Source of the DNA: Cetorhinus maximus
Lineage: Eukaryota
Direction of reading: 5' to 3'
DNA: 64,000 nucleotides
Assembly: GCF_964194155.1 (NCBI RefSeq)
Contig: NC_135888.1
Coordinates: 27,962,001 to 28,026,000, forward strand
Positions 1-13,469 of this stretch are shown here, one piece after another. Numbering within the stretch: the first letter of the stretch is position 1; each line of letters starts with the position of its first letter. The notes beneath the pieces are model-generated. The model had not been told where the DNA came from and made no database searches. It saw nothing but the letters and a program-made list of their open reading frames with translations. The position numbers were made by a program, and so were the translations under genes.

Positions 1-800
1 GTATAAGACACTTGTTAGACCTCATATAGAGTACTGCGTCCTGTACTGAGCGCCATACTTGAGGAAGGATGTGAAGGCATTGGAGAGAGTACAGAGAGGA
101 TTCACAAAAATGATTCCAGGGATAAACAACTGTAGCTATCTGGATAGTTTGGAGAGGCTGGGACTGTTTTCCTTGGAGAAAAGGCAGCTGAGAGGACACT
201 TGACAGAGGTATTCAATATCCTGAGGGGTATGGACAGGGTAAATAGTGAGAAACTGTTCCCACTCAGGAGTACATCAAGACCTAGAAGGCATAGATTTAA
301 AATAATGGGCGAAAGGAGTAGAAGTGACGTGAGGAAATTTTTTTTCACCTAGAGGGTGGTTGGAGTCTGGAATGAACTTCCTGAGAGGGTGGTGGAGGCA
401 GGTTTGATCGAGGTATTCAAAAGGGAATTGGATTGCTAGCTGAAAATTGAGAATGTGCAAGGTTACAGGGATAAGGCAAGGGAGTGGGATTATGTAGAAT
501 GCTCTTTCAGTGAGCCAGTGTAGACTCGATTGGTCGAATGGCCTCCTTCTGCACTGTAAAGATTCTGTGATACTGTGACCAGCATTCAAGTATGTGACCC
601 AAAGGACTGTGCTCAGTCATTGAGTATATTCAAGACAGAGATTGATAGATTTCTAGATATTAAAAGATATCAAGGGACATGGGGATAGTGCAGGAAAATG
701 GTGTTGAGGTAGGAGATCAGCCATGATCTAGTTAAATGGCTGAACAAGCTCAAAGGACCGAATGGCCTACTCCTGCTCCTATTTCCTGTGTTCCGATAAC
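1..800 (+). mobile_element. CR1-type LINE 3' fragments (ORF2 C-terminus and 3' UTR)
   Basis: ORF 59..352 (RKDVKALERVQRGFTKMIPG...LGLFSLEKRQLRG) is typical CR1 ORF2 C-terminus. It is followed by CR1-like 3' UTR motifs (gaatggcctccttctg, aatggcctactcctgctcct). Confidence 0.9.
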
Positions 801-2191
801 AGGAGGTCCTATCTTCCTTCTGCATCTGTGCTTCGCATATCTCAGTCTACACCTGGGTGGGTGCATTTTAGTTCAAGATTCCTTCGGCCATCAGTTTCCT
901 TTTCCTGGTTAAAAAGGATTTATCTTCATTAAGGGCAACTATGTGAGAGGGAGTAGCTGTCCAAAGCAGAGACAAACTTCTTGAAAATGTTAGTGATGCA
1001 AAGGTCACATGTAAACATGGACTAGATCATCATACATTCATGGAATTGACCATTGTGACCCCACTTATCTGAGTCAGCATTTACTTGAAGTTAAAATGTA
1101 TATTAAAAGGTGAAGTAACAAATATGTTCATGTTTTTATAATCAGATGTCACAGTGATGTATACCATATCATTGTACCCGTGGTGTAGGAAATCCATCAT
1201 CTAAATTTTGTTTCCATCACTAAATCCATTCGTGTATAAACTAACTGGGGGGTAAGATTTGATAAGCACATTCCCACTACAAATTTTCTCCTGAATCCAT
1301 TGATGTGGAAAACAGAACAGTACTGTAAGATCCGTCACAAGTTGATCTCACAACTGTGCACATAAAGAGAACTGCCAAGTGAAGTCTTGGTATATCCCCA
1401 AAGCAAGAACGAGAATCAGAGAGAGAGTTGCTTAGGATATTCCCTGGCATCACTTTGAAAGCAGTTCATGGTGGAGACCTGAGAGGGAAGGAACAATTTT
1501 ACTGAATGCACATCTAGCATATCTTTGAGTTTCCAAAAATAATTGCTTTTATTACATTACTGAAATTTCTAGGATTGTGCTCAAGTTAAAATCTTGAATC
1601 TTGTCCATTTTATTCTAACCTCGGTTTTCTTCCAAAAATGTTTTGCATCCAATTGCGAACCTGATTATCCCATGCATATGCCATAGTAACTAATTCCTGT
1701 TTTGACCACATTTCTAACCCTGAATGAATGACCCACAACCACACAATAGGGAACCTTGCACTGCTCAATGATCATGAATTAAGACTATTCTGTCATGTGG
1801 AATCCATTTCCTTCAAATACTGATATGGTCAACATTGAAATACATTTTTAAATGGCTCCATTATTTTCCAGAATCACAATTTCTGTTCTGGGAATTCCAA
1901 CTCTGTGTTTAAATGATATTGGCAGGTGAAATAACAAAGACATTTTGCTCCTGGAACAGACAGGCAACCTTTGTGCTGCCTGCTCATATCCATGATTGTG
2001 GCATATAGCCCACTACCAAACATGTTGAAAGGCTGCATGCTTAGCTGAGGGCCCAAGTTTGTGCAGGGCTAGCACTAACTGAAGCTAGCCTACACTTCTT
2101 AAAGCCAGCAAGCACCTCTTAAAGGCAAGCTGCATTCTGGCTTCAGCAGCTGGCTGGGAAAGACATTAGAAATAGGGGTAAAAACAAAGTA

Positions 2192-2383
2192 TTGGAGTCA
2201 AAGGCCAGAAAGAGGGCTCTAAGATTCTCAGATGCAGTATTGGAAACCTTAAAGCAGGAGGTTGAAAGGAGGAGTGAGTTCATCATTCTTCAGGGGTACA
2301 GACAGTCCTCCAGACACATACCTCGAAGGCAGAACAGATTGACAGGGAGGTCAATGCTAGGAATATGCTTAGAGAGAAAATAA
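2192..2383 (+). mobile_element. Decayed Harbinger/PIF Myb/SANT-like ORF fragment
   Basis: RKRALRFSDAVLETLKQEVERR resembles the N-terminus of Harbinger Myb/SANT-like proteins. It lies convergent with a transposase fragment. Confidence 0.65.
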
Positions 2384-2480
2384 TGACGTCCCTGCTCCTG
2401 ACATACAGGACCTCAGTAACCACCTGGGTACAGCAATGAAGGGTGAGCTACAATATGCTGGTGACGGCACCTATTCTAGT

Positions 2481-2760
2481 CTAGAAGGATCCACAAGTGT
2501 AGATATTGAGGGCCACAGTCGCCTTGTCGACCACTAGCAACACCACCCTACTCTGAGGCTGTAGGTCATTCAGGTGGCACAGTTCCATGTGTGTCTCCTT
2601 GGTGATGTTCAGCCAACAAATGCACTGCCCCTGACTGGGGTGCACATGCGATAAGTGTTCTCTGAAGGCTCTGCATGGGCATAGCATCCCGCTGATAGCC
2701 CCTCTCTGCTGCCTCTTCTCCATTTCATTGTGATGCTGCAGTCTAAGGGGAACTGCAACT
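2481..2760 (-). mobile_element. Decayed Harbinger (HARBI1-like) transposase N-terminal fragment
   Basis: ITKETHMELCHLNDLQPQSR...KATVALNIYTCGSF matches the HTH region of HARBI1-like transposases (V..AL.F.A.GS.Q pattern). Confidence 0.7.
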
Positions 2761-3110
2761 ATGGCCTCTGTGACTGGTGTACTTGGAGGCCTTTCAAAAG
2801 CCCACATCTCTTTCCAAAGGCCCAGAACAACTTCCTTCAGACTTACAGAACTTCTGTCAACTCCTCCAACCATGCAGTACTTACACAAACGGCAGCAGCA
2901 AACAGATAGCCAAAAGCATTTGCAAGTTGAATCATGATGCCTTTAAATGCAGTTGTTGTGGGTCCTTGGCTAGTTGAAAACATACTCAGCTGCATGTATT
3001 TAAGAGCGGGCAGCAAAGTTAAAAATGGCAGGCAGGACGTCAAATCAACTGATGTCACGATCTGCCCATTCTGCATGCCTCGGCACACTATGCCACACCA
3101 CACCACAACA

Positions 3111-3226
3111 TGGGGCAGAATTTTATGGCCCCGTTTCGGCGGGGTCGGGGCTGTAAAATGCGGCGAGCCATTATAATCCCCATTGACTTCAGCGGGAACG
3201 CAAAATCCCACTGTCATAAAATTCTG
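3111..3226. mobile_element. Short MITE (Harbinger-like TIRs)
   Basis: Begins ggggcagaattttatg and ends cataaaattctg (inverted termini). CpG-rich core. Confidence 0.65.
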
Positions 3227-4081
3227 TTCATGGTGATTGGCATGTGGGCTGTGCAGGGTGTCAGTGGACTCCCCCATTTATTTTCCCTCAACTCCTGTGG
3301 CACTGAAACTAGCAGTGATATGGAGCCACATTTTGCAGCCATAAACACTAATTATGAATCTCCAATGAGGAAGCTACATGCTAAGGGGCTGAGAAGATAA
3401 ATAATATGAAATGCTTGCAGTTTGGTGTCAGCTGAACCCTGATGCTTCGTAATACATTCTCAGGCGACAATCATTCTCTGTCAACAAATCTTCATTTTTG
3501 TAGCACTGTTTTCAGATACTGGTTTAATATTTGTATCTACTATATTGTTTAATCATCCATATGTATAATACATGTTGAACAATATCATTTTTTTAGTGTT
3601 GTACAAAAATGTCTTGATTTTCTCAAAACCACATCAGTGTGTACCAGACCTTCCTCCAACTTATTTAGTTTAGTCCAACAGCTACTTGATGGCTAATTGG
3701 ATGAAAATTAGAAGGGGACTTTCCCACATGAAAGGTTATGGCTTGTTGAAAATGTAATGTTCCATTAATAAGGTAAAATGACCTCAGCCCTTTCTTTCCT
3801 GAAGCTTAAATACAGCATCTAAGTCAATATATTTTTCCAAACAAGTTTATCTGACACAAAGATTGATAGGTCAGATCAGTATTGATGGGTTGAAACTTAA
3901 GTATTTCAAATTAGTAGCTTTAAATTTATAAATAAAAAAATACGTGTAATTCTGATGACTTCTGTATTATAAGACAGTTACTGAAGTAGTTTTGAGATAT
4001 TTTAGCATTGAAAAGTTTTCATTTGGAAACTCAAAGTCGCTTCAAATTGATAAAGATGTGTTTACATATTTATAATGGAAG

Positions 4082-4101
4082 CACACACACACACACACAC
4101 A
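4082..4101. repeat. (CA)n microsatellite
   Basis: About 10 consecutive CA units. Confidence 0.9.
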
Positions 4102-4204
4102 AACACTACTGCATTCCCTATGCTATTTCTCACTATGATTCATAAAACATGCTGTTTTATAGTATAGGAATAGACAGTTTGCACACGCAAACATGCAAAT
4201 TGAG

Positions 4205-4820
4205 AGCAGAGGAGTAGGTCATTCAGCCCCTCGAGCCTGTTATGCCATTTAGTGAGATCACAGCTGATTGTGGCCTCAACTCCACATTCCTCCTATCCCG
4301 ATAACCTTTGACTCCCTTATTAGTCAAGAATCTATCCATCTCTGCCTTAAAAATATCTAATCATCCTGCCTCCACTGCTCTCCAGGGAAGAGAGTTCCAA
4401 TTACTCATGACAAAAAAAAATTCTCTTCATCTCCGCCTTAAATTTTTAAAACTGTGTCACCTAGTTCTTGTCTCTCCCACAAGAGGAAACATCCTTTTAA
4501 CATCCACCCTGTCAAGTCCTCTTGGGATCTTGTATAGCTCAATAAGATCGCCTCTTGTTCTTCCTAACTCGAATGGATACAGGCCCAGTCTGTCCAATCT
4601 TTCTTCATAAGATAATCCCCTCGTCCTAGGTGTCAGAACCTTCTCTGAACTGCTTCTAATGCATTTATATCCTTTCTTAAATAAGGAGAAGGGCCTGTTC
4701 CTGTGCTGTACTTATCTTTGTTCTTTGAGACCAAAACTGTACACAATACTCCAGATGTGGTCTTACCAATGCCATGTACAACTGTAGCAAGACATCCCTA
4801 CTTTTATATTCCATTCCCTA
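4205..4820 (-). mobile_element. CR1 LINE 3' fragment
   Basis: Reverse complement of CR1 3' UTR (aggagtaggtcattcagccc...) and decayed ORF2 end (caatactccagatgtggtctt = RPHLEYC on minus strand). Confidence 0.85.
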
Positions 4821-5496
4821 TACTGAGAAATCAGTGGGATCTGTCTTGGTTACATCCGCTATTTAATTAGTAATGAGTGTGCTCGACCACAGTTTGCAGG
4901 TTAGTTCACATTTACATCATGCTAACACCAAATGTACAAATGTAAAGAGTACAAAGTAAATATTGTAAATTGTCTCATCATTTTGACTTTTCAAAGTTTA
5001 TTTTGTTTGATCAAAAACCATGAAATCTTGTGGTTTTTTCTCTTAGCATGTCTCTTGGATCTCAAGTTTTGTTCACTTTAAACAGATCTTTACATAAATT
5101 TTCGGGCCCAGTGCAGAACCATAACAATACTAAGTAGAAGAGCTCCTGTAATGCTGCTTAGTGACTTGGAAGCTTTCTAAGAACTTAGACTTATACTAAA
5201 GATATAACCAAGGACATTGCCTTCTCACAGAAATGGTCCCGAGATCCCTCGAAGGGAGTTCAGGATCTTACAGTAATGTAATAGAGTATCAGGGTCTAAC
5301 AGTGTATCAGGGAGGCAATCTTGGAGTACTGGCAGGAGAGATCCCAAGAACGATGGAGATGGAGACGGTAGCAACAATGAAGCAGATCCTGGATCACAGA
5401 AGCACACAAGGATCTAAACATGTTGGGCAGAGAAACTAAAGGTCTGGAAGAAGTGGGATAATTCTCAGATCAGGGAGAATGGGGAATGCAGACCAT

Positions 5497-6290
5497 GGGA
5501 AAAACTTTTCACTTGTTGGCGGGGAGGGGGGGTGGAAGTGCGGGAGCGGGCGTGCCTCCAATCGGCGCTCCCAGTTGGGGGTGCCGCCATTTTACATGGG
5601 AGGGCCAATCAAGGCCCACCCAGTATGACGTCTGCCAGGAAGCACTATGCGCTCTCTGTGCGGGCTGGCGGGGGGGTTCCCTCAGCCAGGAGTGCGCTCT
5701 TTTGCTCATGCACACGAAAGAGCACACAGATCTCCCTGAGGCAAAGTGCTGCCTCAGGGAGATTGGCTCCAATTTAGAACTTTGAATAAAGATTAGAAAA
5801 AAAATTCCCTGCCATGTCCCCTCATGTGACACTGTCACATGAGTTGAGACGTGTCCATAACTTTTATTGTAAAATATTCTGCATTTTTAAAATCACTCAT
5901 GAAACCTCATTCCACCCGTGGATGAGGTTTCATGTTTTTTCACAAGCCCGCCTGGGCTCCTGGCCTGCCCGCTAACCTTAAGGTTGGACGGGCAGGTCCA
6001 TTAATGAGTTCAATTGGTTTTTTAATGGCCTTAATAGGCCGCTGACAGGTCGGTGGGCGTGCATCCCAGTTGGATGCGCGCCCGCCGAACTGACAATCTA
6101 AATGTCCTGATGTCACCCCACGTCATTTTACGCGTCGGTGAGTGGGCCCCACCCCCGCTTGCCGACCGGAAGATGCTGGCCTACGGGTTGAATTTAATGG
6201 CCATGGTGATGGTACCATTCACCAGCCAGAAAGCTAGGGTGGGGCGGGGGGGAGGGGAACCCCGCCATGGCCAATTTTGGAAGCCCTGAT
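5497..6290. mobile_element. Non-autonomous palindromic DNA transposon (MITE-like)
   Basis: GC/CpG-rich block with internal hairpins ctcatgtgacactgtcacatgag (5821-5843) and catgaaacctcat...atgaggtttcatg (~5898-5934). A related copy lies at 11722-12320. Confidence 0.6.
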
Positions 6291-6439
6291 GGAATTCAAT
6301 GGCAATCAGGCAGTTAACTGCCTGCCAAGGGGGCTTCCACCCCCAAAAGCTGCCGGCCAATCAGAAGGAGCAGTGGCCACAGCTGGTACTGCAACAGGCC
6401 TGAACTAGCCACCATGGAGGAGGGCCCAGAGTTGAGTTT

Positions 6440-6930
6440 TTGAGGCTCGCCAGAACCATTCAAACAGGCTCTTCAACCTCAGGAACCTTCAAGGCAACTT
6501 CTCTTTGTATTGCAAGGTTGTGGAGCAAGCAGCCAACGATTATAAATCTTGATGGGCATTCTGGGTGATAGCCATGGGCTGAGCGGATAATCCTCAACTC
6601 CCAGTAGTTAGGCCGAGGGCTTGTGAGTTATGAAAGAGTCATATCTATTGCCAGGAAGCAAGATACAGATGTGTGTTCTGCCTGTGGTCACCAATAAGTC
6701 TCCTTGAATGGAAAACCTTCCTGCTGCGAAACAGTGCTGGTTTGTGATGGGGAACACACAGGACTATGTGATTAGAGCCTATGATCCCCTATACCTGTGG
6801 AACCCAGTGCTCTTCCTTCCTTTTAGCCTCCATGGCGATGCCAATAAGCTGCTTGTACATCTGTGACCTGCCGGATGGTCATGTGAATAAGAAGCTAACT
6901 GATGTTGCCAATGTATCATCAGAAAAGTTG
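6440..6930 (-). mobile_element. Decayed Harbinger transposase catalytic (DDE) region
   Basis: Minus-strand translation across stops and frameshifts gives PQV*GIIGSNHIVLCVPHHKPALFRSRKVFHS...LPGNRYDSFI...GYPLSPWL, matching HARBI1 motifs G.IDG.H, NRKG.HS, PGS.HD and GYPL.PWL. Confidence 0.7.
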
Positions 6931-7180
6931 GGAAGCAGCCTGCTCAAAAGAAGATTCACATATGGAACATAAAGCAATCAGGGTCAGTTCCTTTAACTGG
7001 TGTTGAAGAAAGATCTCTAGTTGTGATAGGAATTGAAGATTATGGGGAAAGTTGCAGATGACCACATACTGTGGAAGCAGTTAATGCAATTCCTAAGGCT
7101 CTGCAGTATAAGCTATGCTTTCCCTCAAATGCCTGTATGATCAAATTGTGACTCATTCTACACCAATTTTAAAACACATT

Positions 7181-8395
7181 GGGCGGCATTGTCCCAGATT
7201 TGCAATAAGTGCGGTAGTAGGCGATAAAAAAAACATTTTATCCTCTGGCCGCAAAGGCGGCTTTTCACGTTGTTTCATCCCAATCCTGCCTCATTACTCA
7301 TGCATTCCTGGGTAATGTGCCATTTTGATGGACGGGCGGGTTCTCATTCGCCCAACATGCCATCACCTCGCCGCTTCCTCACACTGGGTGCCATATTGAA
7401 AGTGCAGCTGTGCGCACACCTCTCAGTGCTTCCAGCCCAGGACCCCTCACAACACTTACTCCTTCCTCCCCCGGACTCCTTCTTCCCCCCCACGCCCCCC
7501 CAGACTCCTCCCCTCCTCCGAACTCCTTCCTCCCCCCGAAGTCCTAGAGCTCAGAGGGGGGTGAGCAGGACTTTGAACCCCGTCCTGCCCCGAAGTCCTG
7601 CCCCCCTCTGAAATCCTTCCTCCACCCAAAGTGCTTCTCCCCCGAGCTCCTTACCCCCTCAGAACTCCTTCCGCTTACACTTTCCTCCCCCTTTACGCCT
7701 ATCTCCCCAGTTGCCGTGTTCTCTACCATTACACCCTCCTCCCCCTGTACTCTCTCTTCCCTCCCAACCTCACTCCTGCCCAACACCATCATTCCCTCCC
7801 TCCCAACCTCAACCCCTGACACACCTTCCTTTCCCATTCAAACCTAGACCTTCCTCTCCGACCCCACCCCGGTACATCCTCCTCTCCCACTCACAGCTGG
7901 ACCTTCCTCTCCACGTCCTTGACGATCATCTTTGGCAGAATATGGCCAAGACAATTGTGTCCCGAAGAAGACCCTCAATGGTGACCTTCCACCTTCCATG
8001 AGCTGCTTTGCAGCGGAGCCATCAGAATTCACGTAGCATGAGATGCACGTTCTTCAGGGTCTGCTAACGGTAGGGCTCCAGCGTCTTCTGCTCTTTGGAT
8101 GTCCACGATGTGATTAAGGCCCTGATGGTAAGTCCCAACTTGTGCACGTCACACTTGTCAAAACGTGTTCTGCACTGGCCTGTTTTCCTGCCGACATGGG
8201 TGGTAAATTTGACATTCTGGCAATCTGGGCTTATAGTGATATGCAGATGTATTAAAATGAAGTTCCCAACATGTGACAGCCCATCATTAACGGGTAGAGC
8301 GGATTGCTATCTGGTTTCACGATGTTGTAAAATCAGTTTTTGGCCTTTCCCCCATCTTGACCATTCACGCCCACCATGACACCTGACGTCAATGG
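7181..8395. mobile_element. Non-autonomous Harbinger-family element with a pyrimidine-rich low-complexity core (~7450-7920)
   Basis: The first ~150 bp align by eye with the start of the Myb/SANT-bearing element at 14701 (ttgtcccag.tttgca...tttcatcccaatcctgcc...atgcattcc). Confidence 0.55.
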
Positions 8396-9704
8396 CAAGT
8401 CAAATAATACAATATTACCTCCTTACAAATTAGATTACATTAGTCTTTCAGATTTTTTAGATTTTGCAATTTGAGTCATTTACCCTAAAGGTACAACACA
8501 CATTTTACAGTTTCTAGACATAAAAATTCAAATAGAACATCAACAAGGATTGATTTCATGACTAAATGTATGTAAATTAATTTAAATTGAATAACTTTAT
8601 TTTCATTACATTTAAATATGATCAAAACTTACTTTAGCTGTCTTAACTATTTTTTTCTATTCGCCCAACCCTATCATGCTTGAATAAGCACATTTAGGTA
8701 AAGGTCCTCCAGTTCAATCTTGAAGATATGAATAATCTTTAACTCAATACTAATTTTTCTTATGAATGTGAATAAAAAATTGCACTAATGAAAGAAAAAT
8801 TTTCAAGATTTGAATTTGAGAGTTATTTCACTCACTGATTCACTTAATCATTGCTACATAAGCCCACAGCACCAATTAGTCATCAGTTACTAATTTCATT
8901 CACTGGAACTAGATTCAAATCTGCCCCACCTGAAACCAATTAAAAATAATAAATCACCACTCAATTTTTCATCAATGATGAAAACTTTAAGCAACCTTGT
9001 TAAACTGGCATGTATACATTGCAATCTTCAGCAAAGCAACCTCAAAGTGACGGTCCACTGAGAAACTTGTCAGAGGCTACTCTGAGGTTACTCATGAAGC
9101 AGCATTGTGCAAGTGTGCTTGGGTGTGCAGCTTTCTACTGGGCCAGAATTGTACATCATTTGGTGTAAACTTAACACCATGTGAGGCTACCCGCTGGAGT
9201 GGTCTTGCCACTTTTGCTTGAGTGTATCTATAAGGCAGATTGCCAATCTGCTGCCCCAAATCATGGAGCATTTGGGCCAATATTGGGCCTGCCACTTTCC
9301 AAAATGGGTGCGGGTGGACCGGAAGGGGAGGGGGTAATGGGAGTTCAACTGGGGAAATTTGAGCACATCAGTAATCTTGAAGCAAGTTGATCCCAATATC
9401 TACATCTGGAGTCCTTGTAAAGGTATAGAATGATGGCTGACTGCTTTGCCCTCATGTGAATTTCTTTGACTTCAAATGATGGCAGAATAACACTAAACAC
9501 TCAATTGTGGCATAGACTTTTTTCCTAACAAATTTATTAAACAGTAAATGGATAAATGACCAGTAGCAATGATACACTGCATATTATACTGATGTTGTAA
9601 GCTTGAACATTTTCTCTAGTAAATAGAAAATAGTCATGATAATTAGGCTAGTTGATAATGTATAAATATTTTTCTTACTCTGCATGAAAGATATTGTTAA
9701 CAGC

Positions 9705-10700
9705 ACTGTCCCTCTCTCCTTAAAAACTTCTATTATCATCTTTCCATTCAAAAAAAACAACCCTTGACCCTCACCATCCTTGCAAACTACTATCCCATCT
9801 TAATCCTCCCTTTCCTCTCCAAAATCTGTGAACATGCTGTGCCCATCTTTCTTGGAACTCTATGTTTGAATCCCTCCAGTCAGAGTACACAATATCAAAA
9901 ATGCTCTTATCAAAATCATAATGGCAATCTGTAACTATGCCAGAAGTAAACTATCCCCCTTTGCCCTTCTTGACCTGTCTGCTGCCCTTGACATGGTTGA
10001 CCACACCATCTTCCTCTAATGGCTCTTCACTGTCAGCCAGCTGGGTGGGACTGCTCTCACCTGGTTCTATTCTTATCTATCTAATTGTAGCTAGAGTATC
10101 ATTTGCAAGGACTTCTCTTCTCAATCCCACATTGTCACCTCTGCTACTCCCCAAGGATCTATCTGTGGCACCCTCCTATTTCTCATCTAGATGCTGCCCA
10201 TCCACCCCCACCCACCCAGTGCCATCACCCAAAAAGACAGTATTAGTTTTCTAATGTACGTTGATGACATCTAGTTCTACCTCATCTCATCTCTCTTGAC
10301 TGCTCTATTGCTGTTAAGTTATCAGATTGCTTACCTGATATCCAGTACCGGATGAACAGAAATTTCCTTCAATTAAATATTGGGAAGATTGACGTCATTG
10401 TATTTGGTCCCTACTTCAAACACCATTCCCTAGCTACTGACTCATCCCTCTCCCTGACAACAGTTTGAGGTTAATCGAGTCTGCTTGAAACCTTGATGTC
10501 ACATTTGATCCCAAGGTGAGCTTCCAATTTCAAATTCATGCCTCTACTAAGACCGCTTACCTCTTTGCCCGACTTTGCCCCTGTCTCAGCTCATCTGCTC
10601 CTAAAACCTCATTCACCCCTTCGTTACCTTTAGACTTGACTATTCCAATGTGCTCCTGGCTAGCCTCCCATGTTCTATACTCCGCATATTTGAGGTATAT
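9705..10700 (+). mobile_element. Decayed L2-type LINE (RT region)
   Basis: Traces of KK..LDP..LANY.PI..LPFLSK, LLDLSAA.D.VDH, PQGS...LLF and YxDD (tacgttgatgac) motifs with many frameshifts. Confidence 0.75.
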
Positions 10701-11721
10701 TTGAGAGCGGTACATTGGCTAATATTACAGTTCATCTCTATTCTAGCCTGGAAGAAGGCCAAAGTAAAAAAAAAGAGTGGAGTGACCTCAACTCCTATTG
10801 ACATTGCCTTGATTCCACATGTCCTTGCACAAAACTTCAACTAACCTTTGTGCTGTTCTGAAGCTTGGGGGAGTCCTCTCCTCTGGCTATTGGCAGCTAA
10901 ATGTCCTATGAGATGTTAGTGTACTTTGAGACATACTGATGGGTGTGTGCTGTCTGGCTGAGACATCTTCTAATTCCCTGGTGGTTTTTTTTTCATCTTG
11001 TTCAAAGAAAACACTGTATATTGGACACTTACTTACATATCCTGTGGCTCCCATGCAAATTTGCATTGTGAGGGCTCATTTCTCATATTCCCAATGTTAC
11101 TATTTATTATTTCCTCTGAAATATTGTAATTGCTTTCGTTACAACAACTCTCATTGAATTAGAAGACATTTTGGTGTTTTAAAATTCCACATAAACATTA
11201 CATACTATCAGCAGTTTAATTTTAAAATATGAAATATTGTTCTCATATATGCCAGAAAACATCAACAAAACCAATACTAACATGTACTGCGCAACTGAAA
11301 AATGAAACATGGGCTTTGAGTGGGAGAAGCACGGAAATTCATTGTTAGGAAATGGCAGTTCACTGAAGGAAGTGAACAAGCAAGTTTCCCAATACTATTG
11401 GGGATATTGTTCAGCGCTACACAGACACATCCCTGTCCATGCAGACTGCAAAAACCTTCAGTGAACATGGACACATACCAACCTACGGGCCAATATAGAA
11501 TTAGACATCAGGGTGTGTCAATATATGACTGTTCCTGAAGCATTATGCAGAGAAATATTGCCAGCCATAAAAATATTCCTAATATTGGTGTCTTCTCCAT
11601 AGAGGATATTCACATAAATGCTCAAACCAACATCACTTTCAATTTTCTATAAAACTCCTTCCCATAACCACCAATTAAGACATGACCATGTCAACTGTTG
11701 TCCTTTCTACAAAATACACTC

Positions 11722-12320
11722 GGGGCAGAACTTTATGTTCGCCGTGTGGGCGCGTGCCCGACACACTTGAGCGTGAAATATCGTGCAATGGCGTCAGGCG
11801 AGCGTCCCGACGTCATCGCGCAATATTTCAGCCAGCGGGCACACGCATGAGTCGGCATTGCCCCCGCTGACAATTAAGGGGCCTACTAAGGCCATTAAAG
11901 TTGAAATTGACAGTGATTTTTTGCTGCCCATCCAACGTTATGGTTGGCGGGCGGGCAATTCGGCCAGGCATTTTTTTTTGCATTTTTGAGGAAACCTCAT
12001 CCAAGGGCGGGATGAGGTTTCCGTGATAGATTTTAAAAAAGATTAAAATGTTTTGAAAAAATCTGCATCCGTACATTGAGGTGTGTCATTCTGACGTGTG
12101 GACATTTTTTTCCCAATTTTGCATTCTGTTTTCATTGATTTTAAATTCATCAGATCCCTGAGGCAGCTCTCTGCCTTCAGGGAGCTTTCCTTCCGCGCTC
12201 CCCTGCACCCGCACTGACTCGGCACTTGCCCCCCATTAACTGGCCAGCCAACGTGAAATCATGGTTGGCAGTCCGTTCCCTAGCTGCTCCCAGCCACTCA
12301 CCAACCCAAAGATTCTGCCC
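11722..12320. mobile_element. MITE, same family as 5497-6290, opposite orientation
   Basis: Termini gggcagaact... and ...attctgccc. Internal hairpin ggaaacctcatcc...ggatgaggtttcc. Confidence 0.65.
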
Positions 12321-12779
12321 TGGGGCCCTCTTCAGTACTCTTTTCTGCTGATCCAGTTAAAATTAGGTTCATCTTGTGTTTCAGGATCCAAAGCTACCAC
12401 TTTTGCAGCCTGGCTGTTCTTCTGGTTATTTATAATGCTCTCATGGCAGATTTCTAAATGAAACAATTGCTTGACATTTTATAATGTGATCTTTTTCAGG
12501 CTTACCATTAAACTTTCCCTTCAACTAATGAAATTACGGAAAAAATTTCCACATAGTACAGCCAAGCTGAAAAGCTTAGCCACAGCCTTGAAATTTTGCA
12601 AAGAGGGAATGATTAGTAGTTCAATTAGTTTTCTGAAGGAGAATTTATTTCCTGTCTGTCCCTCTTCCGGCATTCTTTCCAGCAGAAGTCTTTCATGGTG
12701 ATGTGAAGCAGATTATGTCTAACAATATGTCATTAGACATAATTTGCTTCACATCAGATCAAATGCAGGCAAGGAAACC

Positions 12780-13465
12780 TCCTGCTGATCACCTCCATGT
12801 GAACGCCATTTGGGGAAAGAAACACTGAAGGTAACGAGGGCACGGAGTTTAGTCTTTAATGTCCATCACCATAAGTGGCTTGATAGCACAACTAACAAAA
12901 AGGAAAAGCCTACTTAACCTTATCCTCGCCTATCTAATTGTTATAGATGTATCTATCCATGACGGTATTGGTAGGAGTGACCACTGCGCAATGTTTGTGG
13001 AGATGAAGCCCATCTTCACAATGAGGACACCCTTTGTTGTGCTGTGTGGCACTACCACCATTCTAAACAGGATAGATTAAGAACAGGTCTAGCACGTTAA
13101 AATTGGGAATCTATGACGCGTTGTGAGGCATCAGCAGCAGCACAATTGTATTCCATCACAATCTGTAATCATGTGGCCTGAAGAAATCCCTCACTTTATT
13201 ATCACCATCACACAGGGGCCAACTCTAGTTCAATAAAGAATGCACAGTCGCATGCCAGAAGCACCAAGTGCACTTAAAAATGAAGTGTCAGCGTGGTGAA
13301 GCTACAGCACAGGACATGCACAAGCAGCATACAATAAACAGGGCTAAGCAATCCCATAATCAGCGGATCAGATCAAAGCTCTGCAGCAGTGCCAGAGCCA
13401 GTTGTGAATGGTGGTGGACAATTAAATGACAAATGGGAGCAGGAGGCTCTATGAATATCCCTACC
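12780..13465 (+). mobile_element. Decayed LINE fragment (endonuclease and linker region)
   Basis: LLNLIL...IHDGIGRSDH matches the APE endonuclease C-terminal SDH motif. Confidence 0.6.
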
Positions 13466-13469
13466 CTCA

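Noticed and set aside
5233-5439. ORF with YQGG resembling a TNF strand (SIYQGG)
   Set aside because: No other THD motifs are present, and the DNA looks more like an eroded CR1 3' end.
7270-8032. Pro-rich and Gly/Glu-rich ORFs
   Set aside because: By-products of C/T-rich low-complexity sequence inside a non-autonomous element.
11309-11640. Possible decayed third TNFSF exon (FEWEKHGNSLLGNG ... PTGQYRIRHQ ... GVFSI)
   Set aside because: The motifs are in different frames, the W-to-GxY spacing is about twice that of real THDs, and there is no acceptor or FFGA-like end. Likely chance similarity.
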